DNA from: Phoronis australis
Lineage: Eukaryota > Animalia > Phoronida
Assembly: GCA_002633005.1 (NCBI GenBank)
Contig: NMRA01000020.1
Location: 273,621 to 337,620 of the forward strand
Length of the DNA: 64,000 bases
Reading direction: 5' to 3'
In this document: piece by piece, positions 53,401 through 64,000 of the stretch
How the letters are laid out: each line of letters starts with the position of its first letter
Numbering within the stretch: the stretch's first letter is position 1
Notes under the pieces: model-generated
The model's input: only the letters and a program-made list of their open reading frames with translations
The model's database searches: none
What the model was told of the DNA's origin: nothing
Program-made: the position numbers and the translations under genes

Positions 53401-55416
53401 TTTTAGCATGGTTTTTATGGCATGCCTTTTAACAAAACAACAGTTGGTAAATTTTGAGCATTAAGCAACAATGCCAAAAACCTCGGGGGAGAATAGAAAT
53501 ATGGTAATTTTAACATTTATTTTTGATGACTACCAGATGTCTTTGCATGTTGCTTATGAAAATTCCGCCCCAAATTTACGTATGGCATTAAACATGTTTT
53601 GAAAATTTCATTAAATAAATCAATGAAATGGTATTGATTGTTCGTGGCGAACATTTCATCTAGAGCTAGTTTGTGTTTGGTAGAAATGAGCAGTGGTTTT
53701 AAGGCTTCATACTAACGTGGATGCGTCAATGCTATAGGGAGTTTTGGTCAGTATGAACTGTTAACTTTGGTCCTGTGTTGAAGTTAACAGTACCACTGCT
53801 ATTGTCAACAATAAAAGGTGGTGTCGTCGCTATAGTTCCTTATATTTTGCTTGAATAATCACCGATCGAACTAGAAATAAGTTTTCTGTCAATAGCACAT
53901 ATAAATGTTCTCAAATTGTCACATTAAAAAAATCTTAGCGTGCACGGGATGCATCAGCGCTTCCTTGCGATTACTTAGTGACAACAGTTTCACCTACCGT
54001 TTGCTTCGATGCCGTTAACTACCGAAGCTGGTATGAACGATTTAATTTACTTTGTAGTTTATGTTGATGTTCCGCTCATACCAGAGTTAAGTTAGTATGA
54101 AAGGGTCTTTAGAGAACAGTTACCACTAACTTGGGGATCTGATTGCTTTAACAAAGGTGTAAATAGACCCCTCATCACAATGGTAAGTGTTGGTATTGAC
54201 AAAACAAGACCAGGCCTACATTTTGTTATTGGCAAAACTTGTCAATATCATGCAAATAATTTAACTGAACTATTCCAGGTGGCAAATACCACATGCTGTT
54301 TTTAACATAACGATGCAAAGAAAAATTCTCAGACTATTGATTTCTCTTGAAAGCTGGAGGTGTCTATTCATGAGGTAATCAATTTACAACTTGACATAAT
54401 CAATGGATGGAGTCAGCAGTCTTTGTCTGTAATGTTTACCTGGTAATTACCTGCTTTGTGCTATTTGTAATAGGCCGCTAGGTGGTACTTGTTGTATGAG
54501 CTCCTTTGGCTTATTTTGAATTGCCCAGCAAATCTGTACAAATTTTTATCATGTTGACCTTTGACATGAACTCTTGACCATGCTACTCCTGAGTAGCATT
54601 CCATTCCATGGACCACGTTTGTTGTGAGAAGAGCATGCTCTCACAAGACCTCACAAAATCACCTCAGTGAAAAGCTATTGTTTCACGGGTGCACTCAGGA
54701 GGCACTGAACAGTTCTCACAGGGATTTGCCTATCAGAATACACGTCAATGGACTCTTCACCCTTTCTTCACTGTCAAAAACTGCATGCAAATAAAGAAAA
54801 GTTTTGAGTCATTTCACATCACAAGCCCTACAGATGAGAAACTTTGTACTCGTATTTTTTACCTTTCACTCCCAGTGGAAACCAAGCTGAACTAAGAAAA
54901 ATAAGGACAAAAAATGTAAAATTGGCACTTTTCACCCCAAAATCACCACTTCCCTGCCAATGCTCGACTAAAGCCAACATTAGATTGCGAAAGCAAATTT
55001 CCTACAGATTCCAAAAATGTAGTCCAAAAGTACTGTCAACCAACTAGTCTTTTTGCAAATCTGGCTTGTTTGAGGGCTACCTGAAATCGCGGCCATTAAT
55101 TTCTCAGTTGCTACACAGCAATGCACAATTGCAATAGGGGGCCACCATCTTGAAGAAGAGTGCAGCTACAGCCGAGAAAGTGGCCTTTTTTCATTCTCAG
55201 CATGTTCATAAATGCATATAAACCACATTCACTGAGCCTACATGCAATGCCTACCTACAAAATGCCCCCAAACTTGGCCTACCCCAAAATTTTTATATTT
55301 TGGGAATGCAAATTGGCCGCGGCTGCAGCCTAACTATTCAGTGCCACCTCAGGAACTTTCTAGCCCATAATAGCAAAATGGTGGCCACTGAACTGATTGG
55401 TCGGTGAGGTTGGAGT

Positions 55417-55879
55417 CGGGCCTTAATCCAGGATTTTGAAAATAGGGTGTCCAAAATGGGGTTTCCAATATTCCAGGGCGTCCATGATTCCGACGCGTAA
55501 CCCCCCACCCCCAGCAATCCCCCCACACAGATTTTTTTACAAAAAATGCATAGACCGAGGTTTTTACATCTAAGTTTACAAAACATCCTTCTGTAGTGAG
55601 CATTTTTACTAAAAAAACTGTGTAGACCAAGACTTTTTCAATACTATCAACCAAGTGTAAGCATACCATTTTATATTTCTTCCTGCTTTGAAAACAGAGC
55701 CAGCACTTTTGAGTCTTCATAGGCTTCCTAGTAATCCTTATAATGTGTGTCTCCAAACTTCAAAGGTTACTATTGATAGTGGGCATCCAAATGATACATT
55801 GGGCGTCCTTACCAGAGCATCCATATTAGTGCCAGGGCATCCATTTGGACGCCCAGGATGTAAGCTGCATAAAGGCCTG
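55417..55879. mobile_element. hAT-type non-autonomous element, 463 bp, 8-bp TSD
   Basis: cgggccttaatccag ... ctgcataaaggcctg imperfect TIR, TSD gttggagt at 55409-55416 and 55880-55887, and repeated gggcgtcc/gggcatcc subterminal motifs. Confidence 0.85.
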
Positions 55880-56973
55880 GTTGGAGTGTTGAATTGTGGG
55901 ATTGAATTCACTTATCCCTTAAATTTGTGAAAATTTTTCTCAGCAAAGGCACGCTTATGTCGTGAGTTCTACGGATCATAGCCAATCACTCTGATGGTAA
56001 AATTAGTTGGAGAGTTAGGATGAGTCACCAACAAAAATAATTAAGCATACATGTTTAATAGCTAAAGTACAGCTGCATATGGCCTTACTGAAGGGAGGGG
56101 ATTTAAAAATATGGTGAAGATATCAAATGTTGCTGCCTACATGAAGAGGTTGATTTTTGGTGCAGTTGTTTGATTATTGTTTTTGGCTGCAGTATCAGGC
56201 GAAAATTAATAATTTGTGACTTGATCTTGAAAGATATTATGGTATTTTGATTGTCTGCTCCTAACCAACAACAGAAAGGCTCAGGTCACATTGGTCCCCT
56301 CACACTCTCACCAACTGCAGTAAAACACAAGCACTGGCTGGTTGTTCTTTTCATTATCAGCTAATTAAACACATTAACCCCAGCAAAAATAACAAGAAAA
56401 TAGCACATGTTCATGCTGTTATAGTTTGCCAGTGATCACTCAGTTGTTGGCTGATGCCTGTTTGTACAGTGGTTCTATAGTATTACAAAGTTTGAGAACA
56501 CATGATATAGTTACAGATCTCCCCTGTATATGTTAAGGCTTTGTAATATTGTAATCAGTTTTTGTCAAAGTTCTCCTAAGTGAGTCAATAGGACGAGTGT
56601 CATGTTGTAGAAGACTGCTTGGTTGGAAAAAATACAATTGGCATGGATGTTTTGAGTGTATGTAAGTAGTACTAGGTGTGACCTGGCAATAGATCAATTA
56701 CCTCTTTCTGTTAGTAATATAGTACTGCCACTCTGTTCTGTGGTATTTTCCCACAATGAGGGCACTTATTCTATGACTGCAGTGTTGATTCGGTAAAAAG
56801 TAATTGCCAAAAATGCTCTCCTGTCATTTTTCAAGGGCTTCTCACGTGGTTGGGAATGCTCACAATTTTCAAGTTTTGATGGTTGTTGTGATGCAAAGCT
56901 TGAGACTGCTGCGTGAGTCTTTCATGGGAAAAATAAAATTTCACTTGTCGGTCATAGTGTAAGTGATATTTTA

Positions 56974-57027
56974 CCATACCCATCTGGTCAGCCTTGTAGC
57001 CCATACCCATCTGGTCAGCCTTGTAGC
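56974..57027. repeat. Perfect tandem duplication, 2 x 27 bp
   Basis: ccatacccatctggtcagccttgtagc twice. Confidence 0.95.
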
Positions 57028-60000
57028 AAAGTTACCCTAATCTTCGACATTTTAATGCCAACGGACTTTCACAGATATTGGATTAGAGTTATAACCAAAC
57101 TTGATATTTTTTCATTTTTAAAGGAGAGCTCTAACCTTCACAATATCTCTAAACATTGTCTGATGATAGTATAGACATTCAAATGATTAAGGATTCGTTT
57201 TGTGCTTATCATCATGTGAAAAAAATAAAACTAATATTTCACATGTACACTATACTGTATCCTAAATAACCATTTTCAAATATACCTTCTAGTGAGATGA
57301 CTTTAGGGTGGTTGTTGGACTTTATGCAGTGGGATATTTTCTAGCCTAAGGGAATAGATTCTTTTCCGCTGAGTGGAAAGGTGCCTATGCCATCCAAGAG
57401 AGCATTTATTCCGGTGAGGGGCAAAATCCCCAACCACAGTCGCCACCAATTCCACCAGAATTGTGTGTGTTGAAAGTAGAATTTTTAATCTCTGGAGGGA
57501 GTTGTTTTTGGGCCTGATAGGGACATTTCACATGATTTTGAAATATTTTTCAGATATTCAAATGTCTAACATCTCAAAAATCTGAGAGGTGGAGAAATTG
57601 CACTTCATCCATGTCCGCTCGTCCTGTCTTGCAGACCTATGTAAGAAATCGGGTTGAGCTGTAATGTTTCCCATTGGCTAGATTTTGCAGTCCTGACTTT
57701 CACATTGAGTTGAATTGATTCAGTTTGTAAGTTCAATGTGTAAATATTAATTTAATTTAACTTAGTTTAATCTAATTTAATTTATTTAAATTAATTTATT
57801 GTTGTAAAAGTACCATGTTGTATATTAGCTTTTGTCTAAAGCATGTTTTAAAATCACGTATTGTATTTTGTCCTCTGTAAATAAAGTTTAGTATTGCTGA
57901 CTTCCAACTTACTCGATGTATTACCCTCTTTGCTTGTTCAACTCAACTTAAAAGTGCCTGACATTTCGAAAACTGGGCCAGTCATTATTTTCGTACATCC
58001 TGGAAACTGAAGGGTTCAGATTGGGATTGTACTATTGACCGTTGTACTCCGATTTATATCTTAAACACGTGTCCACTGAAATACTATTCTGAGAGGTTTA
58101 CTCATAGTAAGCGTAACACCTTTTCACCCACAACCTTTAGTAATAACAACAAGAACCTCTAAGGTGTTCAGTCTCCTGCAATTACAAAGTAATCCTGATT
58201 GTAATTAGAAGTCACTTAGTCATCCATATAGCCACAGTCTGTTTCTCAATAACCTCAAGGGGTTGGTTGGTATAAGATGGTCAGTGCTGGCGCTGGAGGT
58301 TCAAATTAATTGCAACTGTGTTGTTTCGACTCTGTTGGGGGAAGACCAATTCTCATTATACACCTGCTTTTGATGAACCATTGGTGTTTGAGGTTTCATA
58401 TGACATTTACGAAGAATCTTGAAATCTCGGAAGTTTAGGGTAAGTTTTTTGTTTTGACTGCTCTTTGGCCGTTTTCTGTTGCAATTTGCTGAGAGGGTAA
58501 TGTGATAGCAGGAAGAGTGGGAACTGGTTGAATTTCAAAACATGTTCTGCTAAATTTATGAAGTTGAAAGATTTTTTAATGCATCTTTGCAATGTCGTTG
58601 AAACAAAAAACTTCAAGCTGTAGATTCACAATTACTTGTCTAATTATTTAAAAGTATTATGGGTTGCCACACAATTTTACGTTTGGTGGTTTTGAAATGA
58701 CTAAATTTGGTAATATTAATTGTGGATATTGGGTGTGATTACCTCTTGGAGGCTAATTTACTTGTCTTTATGGGTAAATAGGGTTATTCTCCACTTATTT
58801 GGTGCAGAATGATAATAGGGGTGTGGCAAATAAACTGAATGTACAGACTTCATTAGTGAATAGGGTGTGTAGAATTAAGTGAGTATACTAACATCTCCAA
58901 CTGCTCATGTCTGAAGTTAAGGAAATGCGGTCTACCTGTTGCCAACGTGATCCCGTTGACTGTTATTAAGGTTTACATTATTCGAATTGATAGTTGCGTT
59001 TACACGTGAGACCGCTATCAGGGAGCTACTAACACAGAACAGTTGATCTGGTGTAAGTGTGTGTGTAGACAGGACTGACACGGAGCAATTTAACACCATG
59101 GCGGCCATTTTTGACAACGGTTTGAGAGGTAGAGCGAGTTACACTTGTTCAGTTGATCCAGTTTCAACTATACGTCTAAACACAAGTGGGTCAGGGTGGA
59201 AGGGGATCATCTTTCAATGTGCTCACGCAATAGTGACGTTATAGCGGTTTTTGGGTGATTTGCTGACATTCCACATGGTTTGGACATTCGCTATTGTGTA
59301 TGCGAGCATGCACAGACAGTCTTCATGTAAGTGACTGAATGCTGATCCAGTCTGCGATCTAAAGTGTAAATGCTACTAAGGTGGAGCAAATCACGCTGTG
59401 ACAAGTAACACGGTGACAACTTTCTTTTGCGTAAAAGTGGCTAATGACAGGGCTTTGCAATGTTCAAAATGGATTGTCTGTGAATTAAGTAACGCAGGAA
59501 GTTTCCACCAAGTAGGCTCATAATTTTTGGTGTACGAAATGAAGTGAGTGTACTGATAAAGTAGAGAATTACCGTATCTTCACTTCGAATGGTTTCTGTC
59601 ATGAAAAGGTGCATCGTTTGTTAGACCACATTTGCTGAACAATGCAGCTTGTCGCTTTCTTGAGTTCCAAAACTAGTTGTTTCAGATATTGTAACTGAAA
59701 TAATTTTAAAAACTTAAATTTTCATAAAACGCTGCTTCCGTTATCCATAATGCGAAGAATGTATATTTAGATTAAACAAAGGAAAATGTTTGATGAATTA
59801 AAATAAAGAATTTCATGTTTTTCTCATCGCAGATTTTTTGATATGCGGTGAACTACTCTGCAGAAAACAAAAAGTGATTGTTAAGTGGCCTCTCGCTAAT
59901 TTGGACAGAAAAATACCCGGCATTTCACTGAGATTTCTGAAGGCCATGACAGCACATCATCTAATCATGATCGACAGCAATGCAACTAAGCACTTGGCAC

Positions 60001-60304
60001 AGACTTATGGGAGTAATTGGCATCGTCATCCGCTTATGTGTGTGGGTTCAAGGTCGCATGATTCATGACTTACTAAAGGTCATTATCTACACATGCATCT
60101 TAGTTAAAATATGTAATCTATCATTTGAATGATCATCTGTGTTTCACGATTTGAATCATCATGTTACGACTGAGGCATGTCGTACTATTCATTTCGCATG
60201 CGGGTTCTCTGTCCTCTATATTCTTTACCTATTTCCTTGTATGAACTTCTGATGAAACCATCCCAACTAGCAAAAACTCACAATTAATTGTGTCCTCATG
60301 CACC

Positions 60305-60490
60305 GACAGCAATTTGCACTAGTGTGCTTTTTGTAGATTCCAGAAACTCGCCTTGAAAAGCACATGGACTGACAGCAATTTGCGCTGGTGTGCTTTTTGT
60401 CGATTCCAGAAACTCACTTTAAAAGCACATGGACTGACAAAAATTTGCCCTGGTGTGCTTTTTGTTGATTCCAGAAACTCGCCTAAAAGC
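60305..60490. repeat. Tandem repeat, about 3 x 65-66 bp
   Basis: Units start at 60305, 60371 and 60436 and share gtgtgctttttgt..attccagaaactc..aaaagca. Confidence 0.9.
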
Positions 60491-62098
60491 AAATTACTCA
60501 GCCATGGTAGTGTTTCAGGAGTATTCTCCAGACCAATGTTCCAGGCAACTCCCATTCAGGTCAAGTTTCACAGTTGTTATGTGATGAAAAGATTGTCAGT
60601 GAATTAGCTCTGGAAGTAAATTGTATGTTCAAAGTGATAGAGACCAGTAATTATGTTTTCTGTGATATGTGAAATGATGGCCAGTGTTAGAGCCTTTTGA
60701 TACACCTGTTATTTGAGGTGTCCAAGGTCAATAAACTATCAGTAACTTGGATTGATCGGAATGGTTTGAAATAACACTTGATAATTTGTTGATATTGTTA
60801 TGATATACTCACTGATTGAAGGTAAGTGGATTATAATTAATGGTATTGATTAATTATTGTACCTTGATGTTGCCAGAGAAACATCAGTGTATTCGTATTT
60901 GTGCACTGAACGTCAAAACTATTCAGACAAATTGACAAGGAATTCTGCGTCACGACGACTGGGTTGAAGCCGAGTTCATCCTCAGACTAGCCTATCTTTG
61001 TGTTTGAGAATAAGGGGAATCAGTCTGGTGGCTAAGCCATTCTGTAATTAGAATTTTACCTTCATGATGATAGTCGGTAGTCGTCATTTTTGCTGTTAGC
61101 AGAATTAGCCATTGTGACGGGAAACGGTATTTTGTCTGATTGCTGAATGTAAGTTAAAATGCGAATACGGTAAAATGTCACCAATTTACGACACAATATG
61201 TCCGACAGCTGAAATTTTTGTTGTGATTCTCATTTTGTCATTGAAGGTATGTAGCACTATATGAATGACTTTCTATGTTGAAGTTCTGTACCTTACTTAT
61301 CACCTGATAATGTTTTGAGAGACAGTGGGCATCAACAACAGTGTTAGAAGCATTTGAAAAATAAAAAGGATAATTTCAGCAATTATTGTTGTCCAAAACT
61401 GGTGAGATTTTATTGCAGCTCATTATCTGGAAATGATTTAGGATGTACTCTCTGCAACATCATTTTAATTTAATGTAGCTGTTGAACGCCTCGTATTCAT
61501 TCGTTTTTTTCAATCCTTGGTGACGAGTCGGCCTGCAGAAAATCATGTTACAGTCCAGAATTAGTAAATTGTGCAATGAATGACAGAGTTCTCTCTGGGC
61601 GAAAATTCAAACAAGGTACAAATTGCATGTCATGTCCTGGCGCAGTAATCTTACTATTAATTTGCTGTAGTTACACGTTATTTTCACTTGCGATGCATGT
61701 CACTGTTATTTTTACTGCCAAATATTAATTATAAAAATACCATTTACAATTTGATTTCAATCACTGGCCAAAAGCAGGAAAAATCGGAATTTTCAAACAC
61801 GGCTCAAAAGTTTAACGCTGCTCAGGGCATTTCAAACATGACTCAAGATTTCCAAACATGGTACAAAATATTTCAAAGGTGGTGCTGCATCATGTTTAAA
61901 TGTATGCAGTGACTAATTTACTGTTCACGTGTACTGTGTACAGCTTTTAGGTGGAATCTGGGACGAAGTCAGTTAGTTTCCGATCCACGTCGCTGTTAAT
62001 TTCCACCTTTTATTGGGCAGACTGATTTTGCTACTTTCCCCTTGTCTAGTTTGCCTAGTTTCCACAGAGGGCTCAGTGCTTACCTCTTGATTTTATCA

Positions 62099-62175
62099 GG
62101 TGTTGTTAAAGGGGGTGTTGTTAAAGGGGGTGTTGTTAAAGGGGGTGTTGTTAAAGGGGGGTGTTGTTAAAGGGG
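62099..62175. repeat. Minisatellite, about 5 x 15 bp
   Basis: ggtgttgttaaaggg repeated. Confidence 0.92.
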
Positions 62176-62817
62176 TATTTCTCCCTATAGCGCCTTGGGG
62201 TTTAAAACTACCAGGCTCATCTGATCTTGAATTATTCCCAAATGAGGCAAAAACTCCAGTCAAAGCAATGTACACCCACCATTTTCAAATTCACAATTTT
62301 ACGATTGACCAACTCTTATCATGCCCAGAATTGTAGGATGACATTTGATTTTCCCAATTTACGCCTGGCCAACCCCAATAAACTCTGGAGCCTTTTCTCC
62401 AGTCTTTGCTTAACAGAGCAAAATGCAGGTGGAGTTTACCGATTACTCTCAACTGGATTGTAGTGGGTTGATGTTTGAATTTCATTTAAGGATATGTAGA
62501 ACCCTGGACGGATTCCTCAAAACATAGATTAGAAATGGATGATAAAATTTATATGAAACTTTCAGACATTACATGCTTCATGCGATATGTTCTCTAAAAC
62601 ACGGTTAGCAATTGTCTGGTTTTTAATATTCCTTTTTGCATGAAGGGCTATCAAAAGAGGGCTTTAATGATCTTCATGGAGAAAGGGAATGATAATTTAG
62701 AAAACTGCAAGAATGCGTTTGAGATTTTATCTTGAACATTCAATGCAACTGTGGCTAATTAATATGATAATCTTTTCACCTTTCTTTTTGGTAAATGTTA
62801 CTGGAGAGTCAAATTCG

Positions 62818-63123
62818 TTAGACTTTCTACTTCTAGAATGAATCCACTTTGGTACCTTTACTGAGTGTTTAGACTTTCTACTTCTAGAATGAATCCACTT
62901 TGGTACCTTTACTGAGTGTTTAGACTTTCTACTTCTAGAATGAATCCACTTTGGTACCTTTACTGAGTGTTTAGACTTTCTACTTCTAGAATGAATCCAC
63001 TTTGTTACCTTTACTGAGTGTTTAGACTTTCTACTTCTAGAATGAATCCACTTTGGTACCTTTACTGAGTGTTTAGACTTTCTACTTCTAGAATGAATCC
63101 ACTTTGGTACCTTTACTGAGTGT
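62818..63123. repeat. Tandem repeat, 6 x 51 bp
   Basis: ttagactttctacttctagaatgaatccactttggtacctttactgagtgt head-to-tail with no spacers and a single substitution in copy 4. Confidence 0.97.
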
Positions 63124-63881
63124 TTAAGTCTGTAGTTGTGTGTATGTTTAGCTTAATACAGACCTGTTGAGTAGATCCAACACAATCTTGATCATATTGT
63201 GTCTGGCTTCAAAATAATATTTTGGTTTGACTATGAACATGGGCTAAGCCATGTTTTCCTCATGGATCATCTTTCAGGTTTGGGGCTGTGGCGCCTTTTT
63301 CAGTCTCCTTACTGAAGTGCACTACGATATCACTAGCAGTTTTTCAATGGCAAAACCATTTAGCATGTTAGCCTGAAGAGCTGTCCGCAAAGAGGTTATT
63401 TTTGCCAGCTGTTAGTTTGTTTCCTCACCACCTGAATCGCCTTTAAGGCCAAACTTGCAAGCAATGATAAACAAAGGGTCTCTGTTTATTGCCCACCTGT
63501 CCTATGAAGCAAGCGGTTTGGCTACAAAAGTGATAGAGAAAATGCCTGCAGTTTTAAGGTAACTCATATTGCCAGCAAAATGCCAGCAAATATGTTAGCG
63601 AAAATGTTTTAGTCGGTTTGTGAACTGGGTATGACATGTTGTTATGGTGCAATCCAGTGGAGGGAGCTGAGATTGAAATTGACATTTTTTGCCTCAAGTG
63701 GCTTTTGAAAGCTTTGAGGTTGTCATCGTTGTAGAACTTGTTAAAAGTGCTCTTTACCCTAATTTGAGCAAACTGATGGGTATTCCCCAGATGTGCATAA
63801 GTGCTGAAGTGTTGTTTGACTGTAGTTCTTAAAAGTCATTCTTTCATGTCTTTCAGACCTGTCAGCCTGTTGTCATTCCTA

Positions 63882-63966
63882 ATGGCGAGTCTTAGCACTG
63901 TACTGGTGCTGCTTGTTGTTGGTGGTGCTCTTTTTTGCCACGTTGCTAGGGGCAATGGTAACATAG
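63882..63966 (+). CDS. Signal-peptide exon of a secreted or membrane protein continuing beyond the window
   Basis: Acceptor ctttcatgtctttcag (to 63856), ATG-GCG start, MASLSTVLVLLVVGGALFCHVARGNGNI, and a phase-1 ag|gtaagt donor at 63967. Confidence 0.8.
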
Positions 63967-64000
63967 GTAAGTTCTTACATGGTATTTTGTGAATCCCTGT

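Noticed and set aside
62100-62336. LLKGV-repeat protein
   Set aside because: It is a translation artefact of the 15-bp minisatellite.
62818-63123. CRISPR array
   Set aside because: The repeats are head-to-tail with no unique spacers, there are no cas genes, and the context is eukaryotic.

Overview
This is animal (invertebrate-type, AT-rich) genomic DNA with spliced genes and many transposon remnants. It is not prokaryotic, and most entries in the ORF track are noise. Reconstructing exons by hand gives four genes. (1) A + strand CAP/CRISP cysteine-rich secretory protein with an EGF-like C-terminal module (core exons 2499-7626); a decayed DDE transposase lies just downstream of its EGF-like exon. 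(2) A complete three-exon SLC52 riboflavin-transporter-family gene (15520-21064, 478 aa) with unusual substitutions in the conserved TM1 motif. (3) A - strand type I membrane Ig-superfamily protein (V-like + C2-like + TM + PPxY/acidic tail; exons 37867-30956; signal-peptide exon not found). (4) The signal-peptide exon of a + strand gene that runs off the window end (63882-63966). Genes 3 and 4 appear to diverge from a CCAAT-rich region near 46.1-47.4 kb. The 10.8-15.1 kb intergenic segment holds a tRNA-derived SINE head, a 986-bp long-TIR element with a 9-bp TSD, a degenerate intron-containing THAP element and a palindromic MITE. I found no CRISPR array and no clearly new system. The best leads are the divergent SLC52 and the Ig receptor.
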